A stretch of 63,533 nt of DNA, counting the filler, from Octopus bimaculoides (lineage: Eukaryota): the NCBI RefSeq assembly GCF_001194135.2. It is 3 parts of 3 records of this genome, joined end to end, with 100 filler letters (N's around TTAATTAATTAA, not from the genome) between each part and the next. Parts side by side here need not be neighbours in the genome. Positions count along the whole stretch, not along the records: positions 1 to 29,690 come from NC_068991.1; 2 more parts are not named here. The stretch is one strand, 5' to 3'. Both the position numbers and the translations under genes were made by a program. This document shows, piece after piece, positions 1-13,040 of this stretch. The notes beneath the pieces were generated by a model. That model ran no database searches, had not been told where the DNA came from, and saw only the letters and a list, made by a program, of their open reading frames with translations. Positions within the stretch are counted from its first letter, which is position 1. The number at the start of each line of letters is the position of its first letter.

Positions 1-61
1 ATATATATATATATATACATGTATTTACTATTAGGTGAGGACAAATGTGTACGTACACCGC

Positions 62-400
62 TATATGAGGTAGGGAGTTCAATATCCGCACGATGCTCTT
101 TATTGTGTTCTTGAGCAAGACACTTTATTTCACTTCGCTCCAGTTCACTGATCTCTAGAAACGATTTGTGACGTCATTGGTGCCGGGCTGTATTGGTCTT
201 TGACTTTCTCTTGGATAACATTAGTGGAGCGGACACGGGAGTCTGGTATGCATGGGAGATCGTTTGATGGTCTTCCATAAACAACCTTGCTCGGTCGTGT
301 GCCTCAGAAGCGAAATTTTTTGGTGCCACCCTATGGTCATTAACTGATATCGTCCTTTCTCTAATTTGTGCCGACGTTACTATTATTTTTGTTGTTTTTC
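62..400 (+). mobile_element. Decayed tRNA-derived SINE (family D, CORE/V-SINE-like body)
   Basis: B-box-like GGGAGTTCAATATCC followed by GTGTTCTTGAGCAAGACACTTTATTTCAC..CTCCAGTTCACT; related sequence at 46577, 53950 and 63345. 3' boundary approximate. Confidence 0.55.
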
Positions 401-951
401 TTAAGCTTCAAATATAGAAGTCCCGCTGGGTTCAAAGAACAAATCGACATGCCATATTTCCATCAATTGTATATAAAAAGCGTGTTATAATCGCCTGAGT
501 CAATTTATTTTTTGTTTATAACAGATTAACATTATAGTAATTGAAACATATAGACTTTACAATTTCATCTCCATATTGTTCAAATTTCTAAATAAATGGG
601 AATTATATTGACTAAGTAAATATCACAACAGCTAAATTGCAATGAAATTGTTATTCTTTTATAAGCTGACATTGTCTTCGGACATGAACATATTAATATA
701 TTTATTCTTTTGACACTGCTTTTAAGGAAAATCGATATTTTTCAGTCGTGGGTGTGTGGTAAGATGTTAAGAAATTTGCTTCGAAACCAGGTTGTTCTGA
801 TCGCAATCCCACCATCTGGCAACTAATGAAAGTGTCTTCAATACGTTATTAACAGAACACGCATCAACTAACAATGCCAAAAATCGAAATAACTCGTCGA
901 AGTCGCTTTTCTATATCAGAGTGCTTTACTTTTCACTTTATATATACATTT

Positions 952-982
<31 letters not shown>

Positions 983-1413
983 NNNNNNNNNNNNNNNNNN
1001 NNNNNNNNNNNNNNNNNNNNNNNNNNNNNNNNNNNNNNNNNNNNNNNNNNNNNNNNNNNNNNNNNNNNNNNNNNNNNNNNNNNNNNNNNNNNNNNNNNNN
1101 NNNNNNNNNNNNNNNNNNNNNNNNNNNNNNNNNNNNNNNNNNNNNNNNNNNNNNNNNNNNNNNNNNNNNNNNNNNNNNNNNNNNNNNNNNNNNNNNNNNN
1201 NNNNNNNNNNNNNNNNNNNNNNNNNNNNNNNNNNNNNNNNNNNNNNNNNNNNNNNNNNNNNNNNNNNNNNNNNNNNNNNNNNNNNNNNNNNNNNNNNNNN
1301 NNNACTTTGCATTTATGCATATATTGACCAATATGTATATGTTCATATGCTCATAGTCGTGATTTACTTATATAATATATGTATGTATATGTGTATAAAC
1401 ACACAAAAATGCG

Positions 1414-1491
<78 letters not shown>

Positions 1492-3486
1492 ATTATGCAT
1501 GTGTCTATTTTCAGTAAAAGTAGACAGTAAATAAATAGAATTGATAGAAGAGACGTTATTGATTTTCTTGTAAAGAAAACTTCCACTGATTTACATATAT
1601 ATAAATATAATGTGAAAATATGAATATACAAATGACTTTCAACAGATTTATCTTATGCAAAGATGTGTCAAATCAATAAAACGTGTGCTTGTAAATTACA
1701 TGCTGCTAGTGAGGACAGTTCGTCATCTTTTAAAATACTGGTATTATCTAATCAAATAGATTATAAAGAAAACATATAATGTCAAAATTAAGAGAGAGAG
1801 TCTATGGAATTGTATACATTGGAATGCATATTAAAATATAAATTATTATAGGTTAAAATTGAACGGCGTTAAAATAGAAGAGAGAAAAATAAAATACAGG
1901 TTTTCTATCGTCTGCTATAGTTGTTGACACTCTTACCTTGTAATCTGCTCAATTTAGAAGAGGTTGAAAAACTAAAGACATACTTTGAGTAAAGAAAAAC
2001 TTGGTGAAACTTAATAAATTGATGGTTTCACGAGAAAACCGTATGTTGCAAGCTCAGTAATTATATAAATATAATTACTGTTGGAACATAAAATGAGTCT
2101 ACGTTTAAACAATTAAACGAACGTATTTAAAGCATGAACTATTCTAATTCTAAGTTCTAAGAATTTTTCAGTTATCTTTGGATAGTCTCTACAAGAGAAC
2201 AATACAGTGTTGTAAAATATATGATAATTAGACTTACCACATCTAAGTATTGTTTATTTAAGACATGTACTAATGTCAATGTCAATAAAATATAGGGTGA
2301 TAATCATCTATAACTTGGTAAAGGTAAATAAAGAAAAAGATAGATTTTGGTTAAAAGAAAATTTACTAATTTACTAGATGACAATGCCTATGTATAGGCG
2401 TTATATTACCTAACAATTGGGAAATAAAATTGGTTCAACATCTTATAGCGTTCTAATAATCTAACGATTGCAATTTCACACTCATTCCAATTGGCGACAA
2501 AATTTTATTGAAACTCAGCCCCATTGATGATAATGTAGAATTTTATGAAAGCTAAAATCTTCCATTGTATAAGAACAGAGGCCTCTCATATTCAATTTAC
2601 TGCGCTGTCTGTCCACCAAAAGTACAATAGTGTGTTCTTTGCATGCCTGATTGCCTCAGGTAGAATACCATCCAGTCGTAATGTTTTAGCAAAGGGAATA
2701 TCCGTTTTCTTAGTCTGCGACACAGTAATCGTCTCTGCCTCCAATACCTTCACAAGAGAAACATTCTACGACGGTTGGTTCATTTTGGAAGTTTTTCCCA
2801 TGGATACCTTACCTGTGCGGACACGTTCTATCTCTTTTGCGACTGCCTCTGCAGTTGACTCGGCCTTCCACGGCGTCTAGCTCATGGTTCGATATTCAGT
2901 TTTTCCGTGGAGCTCAGAGAAATGCACCAAACATCACTGCATTCCTTTGCTTTGCCTACGATGCTCTTATTTCAAGTTATGGTTTTCCTGTGGTTTTATT
3001 GAACACCAATAACTAATAAAAAAAAATCGCAGAAGTCTTAGCAAATAAAAAAAGAAGGTCAATGAGAAAACGAAAATGCAAAAGAGCTTCACTTCTGCCG
3101 CACCTTGTAATGTCATCACGTTTTGGGTCATACCGCACATTGCTTTATCTTAGCTTTCGAATAAATTCCACCCTGCAGGCTAGGCGAGAAGGCCAACATA
3201 CCCTCTGATCGGAAGGGTAGTCTGTCCAAAACGGTCATGTCAGTAAAGGGAAGAAAATATATTGCTTCACGTAAATTCATTAGAATTTGTTGAGATGTGC
3301 GTTGTGGTGTCACATCTTGTAGGTCAGCCATTGTAGTTCAGTTGTGCAATGGTTATGAAATATATAATGATTGTACAGTTCTATATTTAAGAGATACGAA
3401 ATTATGTACATTATTTACATTATTTACATTTGACGGATATTTCTCTTCATCTTGTTTGTTGCTAACACAACTTTTCCTCAAGATAC

Positions 3487-3518
3487 CTGATGAAGGCTGG
3501 AGGGTATATCACCCGAAA
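3487..3518 (+). ncRNA. Hammerhead-ribozyme core-like motif in a probable Penelope pseudo-LTR fragment (~3455-3580)
   Basis: CTGATGA-A-GGCTG..loop..CACCC-GAAA; stem II has one mismatch and stems I/III are not resolved. The downstream sequence (..AAATATCC..AAATGTAAATAAT) recurs at ~7470-7510. Confidence 0.45.
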
Positions 3519-5329
3519 CGTGTTAGAAACAACCAAGATGACAAATATCCATTAAATGTAAATAATATAAATAATGTATATAAAGATTGGTTAATTATGT
3601 AACTTAAATTAAACACACACAAAGGAGCTGAAATATTTCTTGCTGAAGGATAAATTTGGTCTTATTGGAAGGCATGTTCAGTTTACTTCATAATATAGGT
3701 TTTATGATGACAACGAATTGTGCGATTTGCAAAATGGTAATCTGTAGACAAGTAGATTAGTTCCGACTCTGGTCTCAATCAGTTCAGTGGCGTGTTGTAA
3801 TTTGTCTGTTTCTGACGGATAAAAAAAATGTTCTTGTCAAGAATAATGTGAAGTAGCGTTGATTTGCAGATTAATGCTTTTTACAGATTTCACTTTAAAC
3901 ATAAGTAGCTTGAACACAATTTCATTCGGTTTTTGAGAAAATACTTGATATTATGTTTGATGACATAAAAGTCTTGGAAATCAAAGAGTTTTTCAAGAAC
4001 ATGTTGTCAAATGCACTTTTAAATACTTTGTAAACCTCAAAAATCAACAAAACGTATGACTGATTTTTAAACTAAGAAAACAGATTTTCAAAGCATTGAA
4101 ACAGAATTATTGAGTGATCTAATGATCAAAGTTTTTGACGATGTCCTAACTTCCGAACAGTTGTAGAAAGCGCAAAAAAAAATTCAACTATTGCGACTGC
4201 GATTTCAAAAGAAGTGGATTAAAAAATTAGCAGTGGACAGAAGTGGATAACTGCCTGCAAGAAAGAACATATTGTTTTGCAAATGGCATCAGTGGGAGGC
4301 CAAAATATCTAGATTTGAGAGCTGAAGTAGAAAGCATATAAAGATGTAGCGCAGGAATTGCAGAAAACTATTTGAAACTCTGTGATTCGATTAATTAAAA
4401 GTTTACTTGTCTGTAAAAACTTAGAACCACAATATTAACAGTAATTTTATAAACATAGTAATGTGAGTCACTAATAAACTTTGTCTAAACTAATTTAAAC
4501 AGCAACTTTAATCCTTTCTAAACGTATTTTCTTCGAGAACACCAGACCCCAGTTAATTACGAAAACGACGAAGAATATATTAAAATAAACTTCGCAATGA
4601 TTATGCTGGTATTTGGACGATTAATTAGAATGAAAGTTTAATGAAAGTTTCTAATTTATATCACGTTAAAATGGATAGTTTTATTATACGACTAGAGGTT
4701 TTCTCGGGCGGTTTGGAACCAAACAGATAACTCCCAAAACAACCATATACAAGACTAGAATAAAGCATTTGCCATATGTACTGGAAGAATTCACCGAGGT
4801 TAGATTTCACTTGCCTTATCTCAATATTTAAACTTGTTATCCACATTCTTTGCTTCGTTTAATTTCAAATTTTCGCTCATACCACGAAAGGATGAAATTT
4901 AATTTTGTCACAAAGCCACCATTCTTGAGGGGAAATTGAAAGCGGTTTCCATCGACTTTAATCCTTAAAAAATAATTTTTCCACGTAACTCGAAATGATG
5001 AAAACCAAAGACATTGGTGGCATTTGAACACAATAAGGGAAGAGCTGGAAGAAATGCTGTCATTTTCTTCTATGTAGTAGTGGATCTAACAGCTCTGAGC
5101 CTTTTATATAGTAATTAGAAAATGAATAACAGAAGACATACGTTGCGTCATCATTTTCACTAGATTAGAACTGGTTATATTCGAGTGGTGAACCAAATTA
5201 AATGAACCAATTCCACATTATAGGGTTTCCTCAATACTCTTTGAATAAAGTGCATAAGAATAGGTATACTGAGCTCTAATAACTCGTTCGCCCGCTACTG
5301 TTACTACTATTAATAAGCGGCATCATATA

Positions 5330-5367
<38 letters not shown>

Positions 5368-5377
5368 NNNNNNNNNN

Positions 5378-5418
<41 letters not shown>

Positions 5419-5756
5419 ACACAGAGAGAGAGAGAGACAGACATACAGAGAAAGAGAGCGATACATTATGGGTAATGTATATAAATGTTGCTATGCAAAA
5501 AGGTATGGGCACTACGCAAAAAGTTTTCCATAGCACTGCAGGAATATGGAAATTACTATAAAGTTTTAAACATAAAAATCCTCCGATAGTCTACCGCTGA
5601 GTTACCGAGTAGAAACAGCTTATAGCCATTTATTTCTCGGGTTTTACTTCATAGCATCGATATATTAAGTTTATAAAACTATAGATCTATATGAGTGCAA
5701 GCATCTGTGTATTTGTGTGTGTGCACACTTGTGTAGTATAGATATGTGTGTGTGTT

Positions 5757-5788
<32 letters not shown>

Positions 5789-7257
5789 CGTGTGTGTGTG
5801 CGTGTGCACATGTGTACGCGCGTGTGTCTATTTGTATATAAAATAGAATTTCGTTTTTGCTTTTTGCATATTGGTTTGTGTATCTGTAGAATCTCATATT
5901 AAGATCTGCACCGATATAATCGCAGACAATCATACAAAATCCTATATCTATAAATACAAACATGAATGCTTGCACATATAAATGGTAGAATATATTTCTA
6001 TAAAAGTTTCTCGCAAACAAATATTTTTTTCTACCACAAGTTCGCTGACCCTACCAAGCAGATTCTTGTACATGGGATATTTGATTTGTTTGCTTCTTTC
6101 TTTGTTTTTGTCTTTCTGCTGCCAAGTATTTAAAAGAAATATTTACAGCAAGTAGTCTCATGTTCTTCAGACTAAGTTGCTAGATATATATTCAACATAT
6201 AAAATTTGTCTATAATATTCATTGGTAACACCGACCACATTAGTGCCACAGGCCTGGAACGTTTGAAATAACGTATTGTAAATAATGTGAAAGTGTAAAT
6301 TAGAAGCAATGATCAAACTAACTTTGGTGACTTCAAAAGTTCGAAAGAAATTCTTCAATTAGTTGTATAGAGCAAGTAGACTTTGAATCGCTAAACCGAA
6401 ATACACTAAAATTCCAATTGTGATGCAATCAAACATCTAAGACAATGTTGTTCGAATAACCGATGTCTCGGATAAAGACTATAAAGTATAATTCGATTTA
6501 TATGAGATAGATAAGTATGATAGAAGAAAAGCTAAGAATAGGAAACAAAAAACAGGCGCAGGAGTGGCTGTGTGGTAAGTAGATTAAATAATTATATATA
6601 TATATATATATATATTAATGTCGATGAGTTTCCGCAGCCTGTACAGAGTGCATGGTCATAACAACAGTGGTAGAAAATGTAGAAAGTAGACAGATTATGA
6701 TGACAGGTGTATATATTATAATCAAGAAAAGAGAGCAAGAGATTAATAGGGTAATCTCGATTCGTAAATAAATCTAGAATTACAGGATTTCATTTCGACC
6801 TAAAAGCTGATTTCAATTGTATGTCATGGGTTTTATTCTGAGAATATGAATAGCAGTTCAGGAATGATTTAATAATTGGTACTTCAGGGAAATGCCGTGT
6901 CGCTGAGATGTATTATGCGCAATGATAACATATCAACGATAATGTACCGTTATGTAGAATATTATAGCATTTACAATAATTAGGATCTGAACGCATAAAA
7001 CCAAATTTTATTAGCGTTTAGTTTGTCGAATGAAAATGGAAATTGTTTGAAGACAGAAAAATAATTACGCGCTAATTTAATCGCTAATTGGTGATGTAAA
7101 TTGCGGGTGTAAATAATGTAGGCTTTAACATTTATAGATTTAAAATTTGTCATGATAATGAGGTAAGCCAAGCGGAAGTAACCATAGCATAGTTCAAGAA
7201 ACGTTTTGAAGTTTTCGGTTACAGACACACATGTCCTGCGTTCGAAATTTGTCTATA

Positions 7258-7425
7258 GACGCAGGGGGTGGCTGTGTGGTAAGAAGCTTGCTTAACAACC
7301 ACATGGTTCCGAGTTCAGTCCTACTACGCTGCACCTTGGGCAAGTGTCTTCTACTATAGCCTCGGGCCGTCAGAGCCTTGTGAGTGGATTTGGTAGAAGG
7401 AAACCGAAAGAAGCCCGCCGTATAT
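7258..7425 (+). mobile_element. tRNA-derived SINE family B, 5' half
   Basis: GTGGCTGTGTGGTAAGAAGCTTGCT..CCACATGGTTCCGAGTTCAGTCC (A/B boxes); paralogues at 51900 and ~52510; fragments at ~745-845 and 6554-6582. Confidence 0.8.
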
Positions 7426-8800
7426 ATATATGTAAAAATTTAGATTCAGATGAATATGGTACTTAACAAAAAAGATGGGGGAAAATATCCGTCAAATGTA
7501 AATAATGTACCTAATTCCTCATCTCTTAAATATAGAACTATATAAAGTCCAATACGGTTATACGAATACCAGCTGCTACTGGTAAAAGCGGATCTCATAG
7601 ATCTTTAGACGTGACATCGCCAGTTAGTGGTGCCTTGCTATTTCATGTAGTGTAGGTGAACCACAGGACAGGTTGGGATTGTAGTTCACCTCCTCAATCG
7701 TACATAATTATAATATGTACAATACGTAATGTAGATAATATCGTATGCGGAAACACGCCTGTAGTTACACGACACCTATGCTTATACGCTCATACGCACA
7801 CACGTATATTTGTGTGTCGTATGAAAATGGCTATGTGTATGCGTTTTTAAGTGGTAGCTTAGGTAACCATTTATTTCGTGTTTAGGTAGTGAGGGGCCAG
7901 TTTAATGATGATTATTTAAAGATGGAAGTAGGTAGGTGATTAACCTAAATATTTCTAGTATTCAGTATAATTCTATTGGATGATTTTGATAACTGGATGA
8001 CGGCGGCTCAGGCGCACATGTTCAATGGATTACTGCAACGTATAAAAAAACAAAACATATCCAAATATCACAATAAAATATTTATCTTATATGGGAATCA
8101 ATGAGTGAGATTGTAAGACAATGTTGTAACCAGGAAACGAAGTGGCTTTGGAGTCTCATGCAAAAAATTCTAATTCGATTGAAAGATCATAATGATAGCA
8201 ATTTGGGAGTATATATGCGTGCAATATTCTTGCGAGAAACACGCCGAGCATTGTCAGCAAAATTATTGAGGGAAAGAAAATTCTTCTGTAAACTTGACGT
8301 GCAATAAACCAGCGTAGATACAGAACGGTTCAGTAATTGATATAATATGTTTGTCACGGAACTCGGCAACAATGAACATGCGTGACAAACTTGGGTATGT
8401 AAAAATGTCAAGAATAAGATATTTTATGACCTATAATGACCTTCCAAAAGTTTTACAGACCACGAGGAAAACAGTGAAGTCAGGTTGTCTCATTGGCTGA
8501 CCACATCAACACGATCTACAAGTGAAATACTCACTATATTGTGATTTTGTGCGGCGTACAAAAAGGGTCATCTGACTAGCACACGTGACGTAAAGCTAAC
8601 TATGAAATTCCAAACTACCGGAGACGGATTTGTATAATCTCAATAATGCGTGTATTTATGCTTCTGCATGTGTGAGGGTCAGAGAAAGACCAAGCAACAT
8701 TGTGATTGGCAGATACTGTAAACGTTTATGCTTCACACACACACACACACACGTGCACACACAAAGTGTATATTTCTGTGTATACATGAGAAAAAAATTA

Positions 8801-8839
<39 letters not shown>

Positions 8840-9059
8840 ATATACATACATGTGTGTATGTGTGTATGAGTGTGTGAGGGTATATCTCTCCCTCCCTCCT
8901 TCTCTCTCTCTGTCTCTCTCTTTCTCTCTCTCTCTCGATATATATATATATATGTGTGTGTATGCGTGTGTGTATGTGTGTGTATATATGACTCATTTAT
9001 TTATATTTGTGTACGTAGGATTACCTGTTGACTTTTTTGCTTATCTTTGATTTATGGTG

Positions 9060-9083
9060 GCAGCAGCAGAAGCCGTAGTAGCG

Positions 9084-9142
<59 letters not shown>

Positions 9143-9275
9143 TGCAGCAGCAGCAGCAGCAGCAACAGGCGTGGTGGTAGTGGTAGTAGTAGTAGTAGCA
9201 TCAGAAGTGGTAATAGTAGTAGGAGCAATCGTAGTGGTGGTGGCGGTGGTGGTAGTTATGGTGGCAGCTTTAGTA
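9060..9275. repeat. Compound trinucleotide microsatellite (GTA)n/(GCA)n/(GTG)n
   Basis: Directly visible. Confidence 0.95.
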
Positions 9276-9439
9276 GTAGTAGCCGTTGTGTATCAGACTT
9301 AGCCGATTGTACTGGTGCAAAGGTGTAAAGATATCTACAGAGAAGACGCCATCTTCTTTATCATCAACTTAATCTCCAAACGAAGTCCCACCTGCCATCC
9401 CTCCTCGCACTCCTCCCACTCGACCTCCTTGCCATCACG

Positions 9440-9471
9440 GCTTTCATCATCACCACCATTATCATCATCCC

Positions 9472-9508
<37 letters not shown>

Positions 9509-10032
9509 GTCGTCGTCGTCATCGTCGTCCTCCATGTAAGCTTCGTACCAATTAGACGTTGTCGTTGTATTCGATTCTTTAGCAACGCTAGTCTCGCGAT
9601 ATTTTTTTCTTCCTATCCACAATATCGGCTTCTCGCTGCAGGATACAAAACGTGTTCTTCGTATATCATCATGATCATTATCGGCGTCATCATCATCATC
9701 ATCATCTTCATCGTCATCATCATCAACATCATCATCATCATCATCATCATAATCATCATCACTACCACCACCACCACCACTATCATGATCATCATGATCA
9801 TCATGATCATCCTCACCATCATTCGCTTCCTCTTCCTCCTGCTCGTCATCATCATCATCATCGTCATCACTATCCTCATAATCATCATCATCGCCGCCAC
9901 CACCAACACCATCTCCGCAACCAATAGCACCATCACCACCGTCACCGTCATTGTTGTCGCTATCTTCATCATAACTATCAGTGTCAGATAAACTGCAGTT
10001 GGTTACAGTTATTCTTAAAATCGTCATCGTCG

Positions 10033-10072
<40 letters not shown>

Positions 10073-10075
10073 GAA
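9440..10075. repeat. Degenerate (CAT)n/(CAC)n microsatellite field interrupted by ~130 bp of non-repetitive sequence
   Basis: Directly visible; generates the poly-D/M/H/I/S ORFs in the track. Confidence 0.9.
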
Positions 10076-10515
10076 AACAGCAACACCGATGCCTTCATCA
10101 TCTTCTTCGCCTTTGCCATAAGCTCCTCCGCTTCAACATTCTGCTCACACACACACTTTTACTAATCAACGCAGCCATTAACCATACAATCAATATGAGC
10201 ATCACCCCATTATTATAATTAGCACAGTCATTCATTACGGCAGCTAATCATAATACTTCGTATGCCTCGAATTAATTTCTGATATGTTAATCACCAAATT
10301 ACTGGATAGTCTTCTATCGATATATTTTTCAAGTCCAGCTCATCAAGAGCCAGTCGTTATTATTACATTTCACATTTAGTTTACCCATGAACGGGCGCCT
10401 GTTTCTTTCAAAGAGACTGTGGTGTAAATTTTGAGGGTGACTTGGCTATTATTCCCTGGAGATCACGTTATGTAATACAGCGTTCCGTGTGGCGTTAGTG
10501 ACAGTCTCACTACGT

Positions 10516-11273
10516 TGAAAGCAGGGGTTTGGCAGATTCGTTAGCACGCCGAGCAAAATGCTTAGACTCTACGTTCTGAGTTCAAATTCTGCCGAGGTCG
10601 ACTTTGCCTTTCAACCTTCCAGGTTCGATAAATTCAGTATCAGTTGCGTACTGGGGTCGATCTAAACAACTAGACGCCTCCCCGCAAATTTCAGGCCTAG
10701 TGCCTACAGTAGAAAGGGTTATTACACTTCACTCTTAGTTTACCCATGAACGGGCGTTTGTTTCTTTCAAAGAGGCTCAGATGTAAATTTTGAGGATGTT
10801 TTGGCTCTTATTTCTAGCAGATCAGGTTATGTAATACAGTGTTCCATGTGGCGTTAGTTACTATCTTTCTATGTTGAATTAATATATATTTATCGTGAAG
10901 GCAGGGACCTGGCAGAATCGTTAGCACGCCGGGCGAAATGCTTAGCGGTATTTCGTCTGTCTCTAAGTTCTGAGTTCAAATTCCGGAGAGGCCGACTTTG
11001 TCTTTCATCCTTTCGAGATAGATAAATTACGTACCAGTTGCGTGCTGGGGAGCGATCTAATCGACTTGCCTCCTCTGCCAAAATTTCACACCTTGTGCCT
11101 AGAGTAGAAAAAAATATTTATTTAACTTGAAGGTGGTGATCTGGCGGAATTATTAGCACGCCGGGGAAAATGGTTAGAGTCATTTCGTCTGTCTTTACGT
11201 TCTGAGTTCAAAATCCACTGAGGTTGACATCGATACTCATTCGTTCAAGGTGGTAAAAATAAGTACCAGTTGA
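10516..11273 (+). mobile_element. Three head-to-tail copies of tRNA-derived SINE family A (10516-10723, 10896-11118, 11128-11273)
   Basis: Each has GGCAGAATCGTTAGCACGCC (A-box region), GTTCTGAGTTCAAAT (B-box), GTCGACTTTGCCTTTCATCC and AAGTACCAGTT, with substitutions. Confidence 0.85.
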
Positions 11274-11820
11274 ATTTATATGATAACATCCCCAGTACAT
11301 GATCTTAAAATGCACATCTTAAACACACTTTGAACTTTGATGCGACAAGTGGCAGCAAAAACTGGCCGCGGTCAGTGAAACATGATTTGTTTTCGCTTTT
11401 GTTTTTTCAGTAAGGTATGATATTGTTGTTTTATAAAACTACTTTGGCCTACTGTTAGCATTAATATTTAATCAATATATATATATTTTTTTCCATATAA
11501 ACATAACAATATTATGTGATGTTTCACTCTCCAATATCTTGGTGTTGTTTTGAGTAAAATTCAGCTGGTGGAACCGCATACAAATACTTTTAGAGTTAAA
11601 ATGTTACATGAAAGAGTTTATGATAAAAACTTATATTTTGATCTAGTCAAACAAATATATATATGTATAAAAAATTAACATGTTTCACTCCTTATTAATA
11701 TTTACCTATATACATATATAGATACATACATACATACATCATACACAAACAGACACACGCATGCACACACACACATATAAATATACATATATGTATATAT
11801 ATATACATAATATATATGTA

Positions 11821-11851
<31 letters not shown>

Positions 11852-12001
11852 CTATATATATATATATATATATACATACATATATNNNNNNNNNNNNNNN
11901 NNNNNNNNNNNNNNNNNNNNNNNNNNNNNNNNNNNNNNNNNNNNNNNNNNNNNNNNNNNNNNNNNNNNNNNNNNNNNNNNNNNNNNNNNNNNNNNNNNNN
12001 N

Positions 12002-12032
<31 letters not shown>

Positions 12033-12086
12033 GCATGTATATTCATGTACTCATGGATACATGCAGAGTAAGTGACTTAGGCAATG

Positions 12087-12149
<63 letters not shown>

Positions 12150-12546
12150 AAGAAAAAGAAGAAGAGTGGGTGAGAGTGACGTAGCTGAAGAGAAAGCGCA
12201 AGAACCTATACTCTCCCAGCTTGAATTCAAATTTATTATTGTAATTGTGTTGTAATTGGGCAGCGCAATTAATTCTACACAACCCAGGTGACCTGAATAT
12301 TTAGAATAAGCAGCAATTTCATTTGGTTATATCAATTGTACGAAATACATAGCCGAACAGCTTCGTGGGAAATTTATCTGAAATCTATTTAATGCAATAA
12401 AATCGGTGATAGTGGGGACAATTTTAAATTATATTTAACGCACTTTGTCGATCGCAATCACTGTCGATTTAAATTCCCCTACTCTTTATAACGATCATTA
12501 TTGTTGCATCACTGAAAACCATATTTGCAATTCCTATTAGTGCTAG

Positions 12547-12624
12547 AATTGTATTTACACGGCCATTGCCAAAGCTGTTATGCTCCCCGCCCCCACCGAT
12601 ATTCTTCATACCTTTGTTGCCAAA
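12547..12624 (+). CDS. Candidate internal exon of an unidentified host gene (NCIYTAIAKAVMLPAPTDILHTFVAK)
   Basis: TGCTAG acceptor, 78 nt, AAA|GTAAGT donor; phase 0-0, in frame with the candidate exons at 15223 and 16027. Frame choice is inference. Confidence 0.35.
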
Positions 12625-12786
12625 GTAAGTGGTTCTGTGTATAGTTTCGATTCTTCCCGATATAACCGTCTCTGAACACAAGGTTACTAACTAACCACTT
12701 AGTTTACAATAACTACTTCAGAACATTTACATATACGTGCACACATAAACACAAATACACACTCACATATACATGTATACATGGTG

Positions 12787-12832
<46 letters not shown>

Positions 12833-12930
12833 NNNNNNNNNNNNNNNNNNNNNNNNNNNNNNNNNNNNNNNNNNNNNNNNNNNNNNNNNNNATATATATG
12901 TGTATATATATGTATATATATATATGCATT

Positions 12931-12994
<64 letters not shown>

Positions 12995-13040
12995 CATGTT
13001 TGAGTGTGCGTCTGTGTGTGTTTGTGTATATATGTGTACG

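Noticed and set aside
3960-4400. Decayed transposase-like coding stretch
   Set aside because: It looks coding-like in patches, but no diagnostic motif or paired TIR could be identified.
4660-5040. Minus-strand ORFs including a TM-like GKCFILVLYMVVLGVICLV segment
   Set aside because: No convincing splice acceptor or start, and the frames are interrupted by stops.
9382-9440. PPAIPPRTPPTRPP SH3-ligand-like peptide
   Set aside because: There is an in-frame TAA 12 nt upstream, no credible acceptor, and the reading runs into a (CAT)n repeat.
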